Position numbers and translations under genes: made by a program
Notes under the pieces: model-generated
What the model was told of the DNA's origin: nothing
Seen by the model: the letters and a program-made list of their open reading frames with translations, nothing else
Databases searched by the model: none
Origin: a virus
Lineage: Duplodnaviria > Heunggongvirae > Uroviricota > Caudoviricetes
Virus record (IMG/VR): IMGVR_UViG_2690316286_000005
Strand: one strand, 5' to 3'
Length of the DNA: 22,034 nucleotides
In this document: one piece after another, positions 1-9,800 of the stretch
How the letters are laid out: each line of letters opens with the position of its first letter
Position numbering within the stretch: position 1 is the stretch's first letter

Positions 1-120
1 CTTCCGGGGTGTTTACCCGGGATTTCAGAATAATATGGTATCCGGACATGGGGATACCTGCGCCATCAGTCAGCGCACCTGATATCACTACAGACATAGT
101 TTTTCTCGCGATAAATTAAA

Positions 121-666
121 TCAGGAAGAACCTTCCGGAGAGACGGACCATTCAATGGCGTTATATGAGGATTTATCAGTGATGGTGCTGAAATCCATCG
201 CCTGCAGCGATTTCGCGTAAATACGACAGGCTTTCAGCTTTTCTTTATCTTCGTCGCTGATTAACCCCAGCAGCAGGTCTTCTTCCCATTCCCCTGTCCG
301 GGCACTGACCTGAGCCAGAAGGGCATCACGCTCATCTTCCGCTTTGAGTCTGTAGTCAAAGACAAATTCATCATTGCGGTAAAACCAGTAACCCGGCGCG
401 GTAATCCGTCGGTTAGCGGTAATATCCGGAACTTCGATAACGCTGGCATTGCGTGGCTCGATGCCTGTCACATCCTTACCGACCCATACCACGCGACCAT
501 CTCCGGTGTAAGTTATTTTAATTGTGTCGCTGGCGAAATTCTTCAGCTCTTCATACCAGTTTTTTTCGTCTTCCGAAAAAAGCCAGGTGACATCATACTG
601 TTTTGTCATCTGATATTGTTCTGCTGTTTTCGGATTACCCGCAGTAATATTTTTTAAATGCAACAT
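121..666 (-). CDS. tail fiber assembly protein (Tfa-like chaperone)
   Basis: 181-aa ORF directly after the tail fiber gene (fiber stop 669, this ATG 666). C-terminal segment GLISDEDKEKLKACRIYAKSLQAMDFS resembles the conserved C-terminal region of lambda-type Tfa proteins as I recall it. Confidence 0.8.
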   Translation of the reverse strand: MLHLKNITAGNPKTAEQYQMTKQYDVTWLFSEDEKNWYEELKNFASDTIKITYTGDGRVVWVGKDVTGIEPRNASVIEVPDITANRRITAPGYWFYRNDEFVFDYRLKAEDERDALLAQVSARTGEWEEDLLLGLISDEDKEKLKACRIYAKSLQAMDFSTITDKSSYNAIEWSVSPEGSS

Positions 667-668
667 TG

Positions 669-1901
669 TTAAATACTCGCTACGTTATACCAGGTGCCAT
701 TAATCAGTTTTTGCAGCGGTCGGTAATACACGCCGTTGACGTTATCCGCTGAGTTACGGCCGGTATCCGATATCGATATCCCTGACAGCCCGTGTCCCGA
801 AGGTGAGCGAAACGTCCATGAAACGGTGTTGCTGCCAGGGTTGTAATACATTTCATAACCATACCGCACATCCTGCACGCCACCATTTCGCTGCTGGTAA
901 CGGGCATCAAAGTTTCCGTAGTCTGACGGTGTTACCCGTCCTGTAACGTTTACAGCTTTATTACTCTGGATACTGCCATTCTGGAAACGAAATACTCGCT
1001 GTCCATTCGCATAAACATCAAGCAGACCATCGCCATTTTGTTTAAACCCGGTATCGTTATCTCCTAAAACGATTGAACTTCCACCTAACGCATTCGTCGT
1101 ACCAATTCCAAGACAACCATTAATGACGGCATTAACCAGAATATTTAGTGTATCCCATTTGAGATTCATCAGGTCTTTAACCCGGCCGCCAGCGAGGCGG
1201 TGTCTCCATTTGAAATACTCATTGCCGTTGTCACCTGTTTCAAACCACATGTATGAATCAGTATCGCTGTCGGCATCATTTTTAAAACCAATCTTTGCCC
1301 AGTCAGTATTTCGAATCCAGGCAAGGGTTGAGTCGTTTTCAAAAGTAAGTCCACCGGACAAGGTATCGCCTTCCCGATGAACATAGCGTTGATCTGACTG
1401 CTCTTTACTGTAAACCTGAAGATTATCCCGTGCCGTCCCTTTATTCTGAAGGTCTGACAGATTGTTCTTCTGCCGCAGGAATATCCTTTTCGGATCCTCA
1501 AGAAGATTTACCCAGCCCGCACTGTCGGAGCCTTCAGGATCGGTCAGGTTATCGTCTGTGGTATTCAGCCAGACCGCTGTTGTTGCGACTCCGGCGAGAA
1601 TGGCTCCTTTTGCATATCCACCAATGGCCCCCGCAAAACCGGCATTATACGTGTACAAACCGCCAGCCTGGGCGAACCGTATTGCTGCGGTAATATCGTA
1701 CATCAGACCGTTAAAATCCTTGCCGTGTGGCGGTATACCTCCCGCTGAGACCGCTGTCATGGTCACCGGAGGAAAACCTGAATCATACGCAGCATTACCG
1801 CTCTCTCTGGTCTGCTGTGTCGCCTTGTCCGGGATACGGTTTTTATCTCCGGTACTCGCAAAGGGGACCGCCAGCTGGCGGGGTTTATCACTGGCCTTCA
1901 T
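669..1901 (-). CDS. tail fiber protein
   Basis: 410-aa ORF with ATG at 1901 preceded by AAGGAG. Gly/Ala/Thr-rich N-terminal region typical of fiber proteins, more divergent C-terminal end, followed by a tfa gene. Confidence 0.75.
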   Translation of the reverse strand: MKASDKPRQLAVPFASTGDKNRIPDKATQQTRESGNAAYDSGFPPVTMTAVSAGGIPPHGKDFNGLMYDITAAIRFAQAGGLYTYNAGFAGAIGGYAKGAILAGVATTAVWLNTTDDNLTDPEGSDSAGWVNLLEDPKRIFLRQKNNLSDLQNKGTARDNLQVYSKEQSDQRYVHREGDTLSGGLTFENDSTLAWIRNTDWAKIGFKNDADSDTDSYMWFETGDNGNEYFKWRHRLAGGRVKDLMNLKWDTLNILVNAVINGCLGIGTTNALGGSSIVLGDNDTGFKQNGDGLLDVYANGQRVFRFQNGSIQSNKAVNVTGRVTPSDYGNFDARYQQRNGGVQDVRYGYEMYYNPGSNTVSWTFRSPSGHGLSGISISDTGRNSADNVNGVYYRPLQKLINGTWYNVASI

Positions 1902-2493
1902 TACGGGACTCCTTTAAAACTACTGAAACATAAACACCCGGCGGGGACGGCAGTGCACCCGACGACTGGATAATCGCCAGTTCTGCCAACGAGAGCGCGG
2001 ACTCAAAGACGTAACTCATCCTCAGCCCGCCATTATTCAGAACATAAGCCCGGCGTTTTTTTCCGAACATAAATCTCAGCATCAGGTTAATATCCGGAAC
2101 GGAACAGTCAGTAATGTTCGACATGGCTTTCATCAGTATCAGCCGCCGGTATACAGCATCAGACAGGTCAACAGTCCGGGTATCCGATTTTCCGTTGTAA
2201 AACGGTGCCTGATTAAACGGACAGGGATCATCCATTACCGGGGTGTCCATCCTGGACTCGCTGAAGCCCAGGTAATTAAAATCGTCCTTTACCGTCAGCC
2301 GGCGACTGACACCCACAATCTTTCCCCAGACATCAAGACCATACTTTTCTGCGGTATCGATGTTCCAGATAAGACCATAAAAATCACTGATAAAACTGTC
2401 GGGGGAAAGCGCTGCGTTAAAGCTGTTAATGAGGGCATTGAGTCGGGGGCTGGCAGCATACTGCGCAAGCACAGTGGCAGCCACATTCTGCAC
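1888..2493 (-). CDS. tail/baseplate protein (Mu gp48 / DUF2313-like)
   Basis: 201-aa ORF with GTG start 1 nt after the stop of the baseplate J-like gene; position between J-like gene and tail fiber matches Mu-type baseplate modules. Family name recalled, not searched. Confidence 0.55.
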   Translation of the reverse strand: MQNVAATVLAQYAASPRLNALINSFNAALSPDSFISDFYGLIWNIDTAEKYGLDVWGKIVGVSRRLTVKDDFNYLGFSESRMDTPVMDDPCPFNQAPFYNGKSDTRTVDLSDAVYRRLILMKAMSNITDCSVPDINLMLRFMFGKKRRAYVLNNGGLRMSYVFESALSLAELAIIQSSGALPSPPGVYVSVVLKESRNEGQ

Positions 2494-2494
2494 G

Positions 2495-3736
2495 TTATGC
2501 CTCCTGGAGTTTCACACTGATATCCGACACATCCAGAACCGGAATCTCATCTATCCCGAAAGTGACAGCCGTTGTCCATGACGAACCGTCACGGCTCACA
2601 GTAAGGCCCAGAATATCAATATGTTCCGGATCGGTTTTGTAAATGCCGGCATAGTAGCGCCCGGCAGAGACAACAGAGGCAACCCTTGCCCGCAGACCAC
2701 CATCTGTACCATTAAATGCGTCCAGCACGGATTGCTGTACCTGTCGGGTAATATCTGAAGGCAGGTAGTCACTTTTTTTCAGCGTCACACTGACATGCAG
2801 ACTGACGGGTTTGAGTGTCTGCCAGCTGATCACGTATTCAGGATACGGCGGATCGTACTCCTTATCTGCAACAGTGAACGTTGTGTTGCCATTCATATCA
2901 ATACCCGGCGGAGCCTTACGCCAGATGGCCGCCGCGATATCTGCCGGGCTGCCGCCGTACACGCCAACATAAAGCGAACCGGGTGTTAATGGATACTGAC
3001 TGACTCCGGCTTTTTGTTCTGTTTTTTTCGGATTATGGGTGACGTAAACATCCACCACGTTTTCCACCGTGGAGAGTATTTCACCCCGGATGGCTTCCAG
3101 AATATTCCGGGCATTACGGGCAACTGAATTACGTCGGCGGTTTTCAAAGTCCGCACGGGTTTCCTCATCGCTGCCCGGCACACCGGCACTGGCGTTAGTG
3201 ACACCTGACCAGCCAGGTATTGCCTTATAAATTTTATTCAGCGTCCCCACAGGACAGCCGACGGGGCCGGTGGACAAATTCAGAAATACCGCATCAACCT
3301 GCCCTGATGCGCCGATAGTGACGTCTGACTGACTGACATACTTATAACCGGCCTCATCCTGCGCCATACTGCCCGCCGGGATCAGCGTGCCAACCAGCCC
3401 GGTACAGGTCGCTGTTACTGTCGTACCTGTGGCCCCGCGGCGCTCCAGGAAATAAATCCTGCCTATTGCATCCTGAAAGCGACCACTGGAAAAGTCAGGG
3501 TTGATCTGGTTAACGATATACAGCAACTGATCGTTTTTATCCGCAATAATGGCGCTTTCGCTGGATGCAAGTTGTCCCTGCGGACTGCTCAGACTGGTAC
3601 TCATGGCCCCGCCCAGCGCCGCCGAAAAATCAGCAAGCCTGCCGCTCAGAATATCCGCTTCATCCGGCACATTCAGCCCGCTATCCGAAATCTGTACAGC
3701 GGGCACTGCGGTAGAAAAAGATTTATTTTCACTCAT
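2495..3736 (-). CDS. baseplate J-like protein (Mu gp47 / P2 gpJ-like)
   Basis: 413-aa ORF, ATG at 3736 overlapping the upstream stop (ATGA); size and position after a small wedge-type gene fit the Baseplate_J family. Confidence 0.7.
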   Translation of the reverse strand: MSENKSFSTAVPAVQISDSGLNVPDEADILSGRLADFSAALGGAMSTSLSSPQGQLASSESAIIADKNDQLLYIVNQINPDFSSGRFQDAIGRIYFLERRGATGTTVTATCTGLVGTLIPAGSMAQDEAGYKYVSQSDVTIGASGQVDAVFLNLSTGPVGCPVGTLNKIYKAIPGWSGVTNASAGVPGSDEETRADFENRRRNSVARNARNILEAIRGEILSTVENVVDVYVTHNPKKTEQKAGVSQYPLTPGSLYVGVYGGSPADIAAAIWRKAPPGIDMNGNTTFTVADKEYDPPYPEYVISWQTLKPVSLHVSVTLKKSDYLPSDITRQVQQSVLDAFNGTDGGLRARVASVVSAGRYYAGIYKTDPEHIDILGLTVSRDGSSWTTAVTFGIDEIPVLDVSDISVKLQEA

Positions 3737-4089
3737 AGCAGTACCGTAAAAATGTCATTATTGGTATCTGTAATACGCAGCACACCTGTTACTGTCCGGG
3801 TTTGATCAGCTGTGACCTGGCAGACAGCGGCGCTCACGGTCGGCAGTTTAAGTGCTTCCTGTTGCAAAGTGGCATTCACCAGTTGTGTGCCGGGCCAGTG
3901 TCCGAGGATGCGTGGCCAGTAAGGTATGCCAGCCGTTGAGTCGTACCAGCACTCCCCCAGAAAAGTACTGCACGCACACGCCACATCCTGAGCTACCGCA
4001 TGGGGATTATCAGTAATGGCAAGATTTCCGGTATCATCAAGCAGGATATCCCATGTCCCGGTGTCAAGAAGAAGTGATCGTGACTGCAT
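3733..4089 (-). CDS. small baseplate wedge protein (gp25/GPW or Mu gp46-like)
   Basis: 118-aa ORF, ATG at 4089 preceded by AGGAGAA; size and position between spike gene and J-like gene. Confidence 0.5.
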   Translation of the reverse strand: MQSRSLLLDTGTWDILLDDTGNLAITDNPHAVAQDVACACSTFLGECWYDSTAGIPYWPRILGHWPGTQLVNATLQQEALKLPTVSAAVCQVTADQTRTVTGVLRITDTNNDIFTVLL

Positions 4090-4101
4090 GTTTTCTCCTG
4101 T

Positions 4102-4779
4102 TTACCGGGGTCCCTGCGTGGTTGAGCCGCCGGACTCAACGCCGCCGTGAACGTGGTTTCCAAAATCAATACCCCCGATGTTCGAACCGCCGGAAAGCCT
4201 GGACTGCCCGGTAACGTTAAGCCCCTTACTGACGGCGGTATCGCCGTTCAGCGCAATTTGTGGTGAGTTAACGGTGAAGCTTTTCGGCGCATTAATCACA
4301 CCCTCAGGCGCGGATATCTCCACTTTCCAGGGAGATACAATCCGTATCTGGTTGTCATCAAATACCACAAACTGGACGGGATCACCGTTGAGCACGCCAC
4401 CCAGCCAGATGGCATCAGCATAATTATGGGTACGCTTTGATCCCGGCATCGCAGCCTGACGCGTGGCTTTTACCGCACTGATATCCCGATCGCAGATGGC
4501 AAGAAAACCGATATCCCCCACATGTGGCGGCATAATCACCGCATTACCGCCCCCCTGTAGTCGCCATACGGGAATGTTATAAATCACCTCATGTTCAACC
4601 GGGGAACCGTCTGCTGCAACGCCCATTACCATCGGTCGGGCCTCAATAAATCCCTCTTCCACGGCTACCACCCGTCCCAGAGTGATAAACGCATGACGTC
4701 CGAGAAACTGCCGCAGCATAAAGTCCTGTGCATTGATTTCGCTGTTCACGTCTGTCGGGTTACTGAGTGGTTGTGCCAT
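4102..4779 (-). CDS. baseplate central spike / assembly protein V-like
   Basis: 225-aa ORF with Gly-rich C-terminus containing GNHVHGG, resembling the HxH apex motif of gpV-type spikes; ATG at 4779. Confidence 0.6.
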   Translation of the reverse strand: MAQPLSNPTDVNSEINAQDFMLRQFLGRHAFITLGRVVAVEEGFIEARPMVMGVAADGSPVEHEVIYNIPVWRLQGGGNAVIMPPHVGDIGFLAICDRDISAVKATRQAAMPGSKRTHNYADAIWLGGVLNGDPVQFVVFDDNQIRIVSPWKVEISAPEGVINAPKSFTVNSPQIALNGDTAVSKGLNVTGQSRLSGGSNIGGIDFGNHVHGGVESGGSTTQGPR

Positions 4780-5629
4780 TTTCTTCAGCCCTCATCATGG
4801 TACAGTTGGAACTCCACGGACCGCCCACGGTTCGCGAAGTAATGGTGTGTATCACCCCTGTGATCGTATAATCGCCCGTCATATCAGGCAGTGACGATTC
4901 CAGATGCGCTGGCCTGCCAGTAAAGAGATCGGGGCAGAATATCGTGGTGGCGCTGAGTCCGGTCATGGTGTAAACCGGATAGCCAGTCAGTCCGTGATCC
5001 GGCGAAATCAGTACCGGCGGAATATTCCGGTTCTGCCCTTTCGGCCAGATGGTGACTTTCTCCACATTCCCCAGATCAATGTTAATATCGGCGGCTGAAG
5101 CGACATCCAGCATTTGTTGTACAACATTACCGGAAAAATGCGGGTCAGACAGACTGCGGCTGACCCCCTGGTTTTCAAATCCAAGCCCGACAGTTGACGC
5201 CAGCGCACGGATAATATCTGCAACCGCAACATCGCCCTTTGCGCTGAAATCTGCCGCCGGCTGATTACGCAGATTAAAATGAATCTGTCCTGTCAGAATG
5301 AGCGGAATATCCGGTGCCTGGTTGTAGTCGGCGTATGCATCAGTAATATCACCTTCAAAAATAAGCCGCCCGTCGGCCCACAGCCGCATTTTATTTGCGG
5401 TACTCTGCTCCTGTCGCCACACACCGCGCCAGCTTAAATTCGTCATATGCGCCGGTGACATTCCCCAGATATACAGCGTGATTTGTGTACCAGCCACCCC
5501 TCCATATACGCCAATACTGGCAAAACAGCTTGCGTCGGTAATGGTCAGCATATTGCCCTGGCCATTACCAAACGTTCGTCCGTCTGAAAGAGTGAACTCC
5601 ACCGTTATTTTACGTTGTCTGTAGCTCAT
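4760..5629 (-). CDS. tail/baseplate structural protein (possibly hub-like)
   Basis: 289-aa ORF, ATG at 5629 preceded by GAGGAA; in-frame stop just upstream so the start is well defined. Function inferred from position only. Confidence 0.5.
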   Translation of the reverse strand: MSYRQRKITVEFTLSDGRTFGNGQGNMLTITDASCFASIGVYGGVAGTQITLYIWGMSPAHMTNLSWRGVWRQEQSTANKMRLWADGRLIFEGDITDAYADYNQAPDIPLILTGQIHFNLRNQPAADFSAKGDVAVADIIRALASTVGLGFENQGVSRSLSDPHFSGNVVQQMLDVASAADINIDLGNVEKVTIWPKGQNRNIPPVLISPDHGLTGYPVYTMTGLSATTIFCPDLFTGRPAHLESSLPDMTGDYTITGVIHTITSRTVGGPWSSNCTMMRAEENGTTTQ

Positions 5630-5630
5630 A

Positions 5631-6014
5631 TCAGTTCCTCAGGTAACAGCCAGTAGAGCCGGTACCGGGATCCGAGCCCCCGCCAGTCAGGGTCACTATT
5701 CCCCTCCGTGTCGGTAAAAAACAGGTCCCCCTGAAACGGCAGGGATCCNNNNNNNNNNNNNNNNNNNNNNNNNNNNNNNNNNNNNNNNNNNNNNNNNNNN
5801 NNNNNNNNNNNNNNNNNNNNNNNNNNNNNNATCCGTACCGGACAATCCGGTTATTATTCAGACACAGCACGCCATACAGGCACGGTTCACCATTAACAAT
5901 GATATCGATATACATCCCCGTAGTACGCTGATTCAGGCGAATGGTGCAGACCTGAGCGCCCAGTGTCACCGTAAACTGCTGGGCTTTAACGGGAGATAAA
6001 ACAATTTCCAGCAT
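5631..6014 (-). CDS. hypothetical tail protein interrupted by an assembly gap
   Basis: ORF starts with ATG at 6014 overlapping the upstream stop, then runs through 82 N at 5749..5830. Frame and length beyond the gap are unreliable. Confidence 0.3.
   Translation of the reverse strand: MLEIVLSPVKAQQFTVTLGAQVCTIRLNQRTTGMYIDIIVNGEPCLYGVLCLNNNRIVRYGXXXXXXXXXXXXXXXXXXXXXXXXXXXXDPCRFRGTCFLPTRRGIVTLTGGGSDPGTGSTGCYLRN
5749..5830. other. run of N (sequence/assembly gap)
   Basis: 82 consecutive n characters in the sequence; true length of missing DNA unknown. Confidence 0.95.
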
Positions 6015-6724
6015 CAGGTGATCCCCCTGTTCGTGGCGCTTCGTCTGTCAGCGTCTGACGGTTGTGTCACCGACGCCGTAACTGGCTGCGTTTTAACCGA
6101 TGCGGCCCCTTTTGCTTTATCGTTGTCCGTGGGAGACGACTTATCCGTACTTCCCACTGACACCTCTCCTGTATTCATTACGGTCTGAAATACCGCAGTA
6201 ACCGTCAGTAAGGTCGGACCATTATTACTTCGCATTCGGTAGTCATATTTCACAAGGTCGCAGGATGTCCATGTCTTGTCCGGCGTCTCAATATCGTAGA
6301 GTCCTGCCGTGGTACGCATCCTTTCAAGCGTTTCCAGCACATTCGTCCGCGAGGTGGTGGAAAAATTTGTCAGGTTCGGGACGGATCCGGAAAAGGCCGT
6401 CCACCCCTCTACAGTGAAAGTCACATGCAGTTCCGGCGATCTCTGGATTTTATTAAAGGTGGTATAAGCCCCCTGCTCCACGGGGACGGTGGAAACAGAA
6501 GCCTCCGCGCCCACCTCAACGACAACAAAAGAATCCGGGGAGAAAGGTTTGCCACCCTTCTGATGGGCACCTGCCGGATCATTCCGTGCGTAATAAATAC
6601 CGAATGACGGTGCCAGTACACTGTTAATGAGTCCCAGGACACCGCCGCCACGAACCGCACTCAGTACGTTACTTTCACTGAGCGAAAAGTTATTCAGGGA
6701 AATATTATCGAAAGAAAAACTCAT
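6014..6724 (-). CDS. tail protein downstream of tape measure (function unassigned)
   Basis: 236-aa ORF with ATG at 6724 overlapping the tape measure stop (ATGA), indicating translational coupling. Confidence 0.55.
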   Translation of the reverse strand: MSFSFDNISLNNFSLSESNVLSAVRGGGVLGLINSVLAPSFGIYYARNDPAGAHQKGGKPFSPDSFVVVEVGAEASVSTVPVEQGAYTTFNKIQRSPELHVTFTVEGWTAFSGSVPNLTNFSTTSRTNVLETLERMRTTAGLYDIETPDKTWTSCDLVKYDYRMRSNNGPTLLTVTAVFQTVMNTGEVSVGSTDKSSPTDNDKAKGAASVKTQPVTASVTQPSDADRRSATNRGIT

Positions 6725-8742
6725 CCTGTTACCCCGCTGGAATAAACCGACACAAGCGCCGAATTCGTGATACGCCGACGTGCGTCATCGGTAATACCCT
6801 TCACATTGTCCGACGTTGTGGTGACATTCAGTGTCCCGATATGCGTGGTTTCCGTTACGGTGGACTGCGATACAGGCGCAGGATGGCGCGACCGTATGGC
6901 CATTGCCGCACCCGGATAAGGCAGGTTCGCCAGCACCCGCGGAATATAGTTGCGGGTCTCCTCCGGAGCAGCAGCCAGTCCCTTACGCTGAACATTTCCC
7001 TCTCCCCAGTTATATGCCGCCAGAGCCTTAGCCAGATCGCCATGAAAAAAACGTATCAGGCCACCAAGTTTTCTCGCGGCGGCATCAGCGGCTTTTTCGG
7101 GATCAAAGGCATCGTTCCCCCTCAGACCAAATTCACTGGCCGTCTTCGGCATGAACTGAAACAGTCCCATCGCACCAGCAGGTGAGACGGCAAACTGATT
7201 ACCACGGGATTCGGTGATCGCAACGCTGCGCAGCAGTCCGGGCGGCAGGTTATATTTTTCCTCCAGTTGAGACAGTTTCGGTTGCAGCCAGCCTAACAGG
7301 GCTTCCCCGGTCTTCGTCGGTCGCTGGCGGTTTTGCATGGCATTACCGAGTTTTTCCTGCGTCGCACGCATACCCTGTAGCCAGGATTCACCGAAGGCTG
7401 CTTCCCTCCCGGTTGCCTGAGAAGCCTGAGTATCCAGCATGCCCTGCTGCCATACTGTGGGTGATTGTGCCCGGGTGATGTTGCCAGGCTTTTCTCCGGC
7501 ATCCAGTTTTGTCTGATACGTCTCCATCTCTTTCTTATTGAAAAAGAAAGTCCCGTCTGAAGCCCAGAAAAAACCATGTGAATCCAGCCAGTCCTTATTT
7601 TCCCTGCCAACAATGGATGTCAGTAATCCGTCAACAACCGGGTAAAGCGCCGTTATCGCAAAAAGAAGGCCTCCGGGGCCACTGAGGGCTTTTGTCAGCC
7701 CCCGCACCCATGACGCCACTTTCAGCCCGATCAGCGTAATAATGACATTCTGCCAGCCCCCCAGTTCTCCGGCAGCCTTATTCGCCAGGGAGGCCACTGA
7801 CTCAACGTCATTCAGAAATGTGGTGATAAACCTGTTCACTTCCTCCGGATGTTGCTGCATCCAGTCACCGAGTGTCTCCAGCCAGTGGCTGAGCTTCAGC
7901 GCGTACGGCATCAACGCGGTGCTAATCGTCATCCCGATGCCGGACCAGGTCTGATCGAGCTCAACAAGCTCTTTTCGTAGCTTACGGGCCAGCGCTGTAC
8001 GCCCCGGCGTAACCTGCGAACGGGAAGTAAATTCGTCCACATCTTTCAGCGCATGACCGGAGCCAAGAAACTGCTGTCCGGCATAACTGAAGCCCAGCGC
8101 GTTGCCGTAGGCAGTTTGTTCGGACTTTGTCAGTCGCGGAAAAATAACCGCCAGCTTGCGCATGATGGCTTCAGTGCTGTCAGTATTTAAATCAACACTA
8201 ATGCCCGCCCTGGCTGCAACCTGAAACAAATCCTGTAACACAGGATCAAAGGACCTTCCGGCTCTGAAGGCCGCTTTTGCATTTGCAAGCCGGGAAAATG
8301 CCCCAGACATTTCCCCTTCATCAACATTATTTGCCCGCGCAGCCCGTAACCATCCGTCCAGATTTCTGGCCTTCATGCCAAAAGCATCGGATTCCACGGA
8401 CAGACGGTTCAGATCACGGGCAAAACCTGTTACCAGGTTCTTCAGCCCCCCCAGCGTCAGACTGACACCCGCAAGAGCCAGAATCTCGCTACGGATCCCT
8501 GAAAAAAAACGGGACGCCCGTTTCCCGGCATCTTCCATTCGACGGGCCGTTTTATCAGCATCTTTTCCGGTTTTTTCCAGTGATTCACTGGTTTTCTTCT
8601 GTCCCTGACTGAATGTGTCAGCGACACCTTCCATCACCGTCGTGAGCCGGTTAAGGGCAGCATGTACTGCCTGTTCCCCGGCAGTAAAGTCCCTGTCATC
8701 AATCCCGAGGGACAGAACAAGCTCATCAAGTACCTGCGCCAT
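6721..8742 (-). CDS. tail tape measure protein with C-terminal lytic transglycosylase (SLT) domain
   Basis: 673-aa ORF, ATG at 8742 preceded by AGGAG. Helical N-terminal half, hydrophobic segments around residues 325-375, and SLT-like motifs ITESRGNQFAVSPAGAMGLFQF and AAYNWGEGNV around residues 500-585. Confidence 0.8.
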   Translation of the reverse strand: MAQVLDELVLSLGIDDRDFTAGEQAVHAALNRLTTVMEGVADTFSQGQKKTSESLEKTGKDADKTARRMEDAGKRASRFFSGIRSEILALAGVSLTLGGLKNLVTGFARDLNRLSVESDAFGMKARNLDGWLRAARANNVDEGEMSGAFSRLANAKAAFRAGRSFDPVLQDLFQVAARAGISVDLNTDSTEAIMRKLAVIFPRLTKSEQTAYGNALGFSYAGQQFLGSGHALKDVDEFTSRSQVTPGRTALARKLRKELVELDQTWSGIGMTISTALMPYALKLSHWLETLGDWMQQHPEEVNRFITTFLNDVESVASLANKAAGELGGWQNVIITLIGLKVASWVRGLTKALSGPGGLLFAITALYPVVDGLLTSIVGRENKDWLDSHGFFWASDGTFFFNKKEMETYQTKLDAGEKPGNITRAQSPTVWQQGMLDTQASQATGREAAFGESWLQGMRATQEKLGNAMQNRQRPTKTGEALLGWLQPKLSQLEEKYNLPPGLLRSVAITESRGNQFAVSPAGAMGLFQFMPKTASEFGLRGNDAFDPEKAADAAARKLGGLIRFFHGDLAKALAAYNWGEGNVQRKGLAAAPEETRNYIPRVLANLPYPGAAMAIRSRHPAPVSQSTVTETTHIGTLNVTTTSDNVKGITDDARRRITNSALVSVYSSGVTG

Positions 8743-9354
8743 TTCTGTTCTCCTGTATCACCTGTTCGTTATGGGCATCCACATGAATTATTTCCAGCAG
8801 ATCCCATAAGTCCTGCACACCAAGGACAGAATCCAGTTCAGCTTTTGAAGCCTTACCGGAGGAGATAACGGTCGCAATGGTACGGGGAACATTAACGTAA
8901 TCCACCACCCCGAACGGTCTGTCGGGGTCGAGATAACGCGGGGGGATATCTAGCTGACGACGGTAGCGAAAAAATCCACATGCAGCTTAAAGACCTCCGC
9001 ACGCAGATTAAGACGGGTAATGATTTCTTCAATATCCTCTTCAACAAGCGGTCTCCGGATGCTGCGTTTTTTCGGATCGGGAACAAACTGCACACAGTCC
9101 ATCATTTCATCCATCAACGGACGCGCCTCATCAGGCGGAATTTTCGATAATGCTTTCAGCCCTTCAAGGGCAAGCGCAGCCATCCCCAGACTACGAACAT
9201 CATCCGGTAACTCCACGCCACCACGCCCCATTGCCATAATGGCACGCATCGCCCACCATTCCGCCTGTGAGGCAGACATTTCGGTAAGATGAAATACCTT
9301 GCCCTTATCCCGTCCCTGACCTTCAATAGTGATAAATTTCTCTTTACGGGCCAT
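8726..9354 (-). CDS. putative -1 frameshift fusion product of the tail assembly chaperone (G-T-like, about 209 aa)
   Basis: The -1 frame is open from 8986 to the stop at 8726 and is reached from the chaperone frame by slippage at TTTTTTC; the extension overlaps the tape measure start. Confidence 0.45.
8950..9354 (-). CDS. tail assembly chaperone (G-like)
   Basis: 134-aa ORF between tail tube gene and tape measure gene; contains slippery heptamer near its 3' end. Confidence 0.6.
   Translation of the reverse strand: MARKEKFITIEGQGRDKGKVFHLTEMSASQAEWWAMRAIMAMGRGGVELPDDVRSLGMAALALEGLKALSKIPPDEARPLMDEMMDCVQFVPDPKKRSIRRPLVEEDIEEIITRLNLRAEVFKLHVDFFATVVS
8968..8974 (-). promoter_or_regulatory. candidate -1 ribosomal frameshift slippery heptamer T_TTT_TTC
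   Basis: Plus-strand gaaaaaa at 8968..8974 reads TTTTTTC on the minus strand, in register GAT TTT TTC within the chaperone frame, 6 codons before its TAG stop. Confidence 0.45.
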
Positions 9355-9800
9355 CAGTTAAAAACCTCCGGAGTAATGGTTTCCCACTCAATAACCGCCT
9401 GCCCTGGCTGCAACGTACGAGCTGCATCAGGCAGCGCTTTCCATTGTTTGAGTACGCCATTCACGCAGGTATATTTACGGCCAATCGCCGGAAGCAGGAC
9501 GACAGCGTTACAACGGAATACAGCCCGACTGGCCCGGGATGTGGTTGACCAGGTATCAAAAATATCCCGGCTGGGGGAATCCGGCATGATATGAAACGTC
9601 TGGATAATGTTGCTGTACACAAATCCCGCGGACAGTTTACCGTCAATACCGCGGGCAGTTTCCGCCAGTACCAGTGGATCGGTGCCATAAACGTTATCTG
9701 TTGCAAATCCCTGAAGTCGTACGCCGGAGGGATACAGATTATTCACTGTCAGCGTGATAATGGCATCCGCCGCAGTGATGGTGTTGTTGTTACCCGACAT
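9354..9800 (-). CDS. tail tube protein (DUF3277-like)
   Basis: 148-aa ORF immediately after the sheath gene; ATG at 9800, stop overlapping chaperone start. Family name recalled from sequence character and position. Confidence 0.65.
   Translation of the reverse strand: MSGNNNTITAADAIITLTVNNLYPSGVRLQGFATDNVYGTDPLVLAETARGIDGKLSAGFVYSNIIQTFHIMPDSPSRDIFDTWSTTSRASRAVFRCNAVVLLPAIGRKYTCVNGVLKQWKALPDAARTLQPGQAVIEWETITPEVFN

Noticed and set aside
261-449. Short minus-strand ORFs nested in other frames of larger genes (261..449, 704..910, 2295..2486, 2986..3204, 9461..9706, 16033..16335)
   Set aside because: They are alternative frames inside longer, better-supported ORFs and show no independent start signals.
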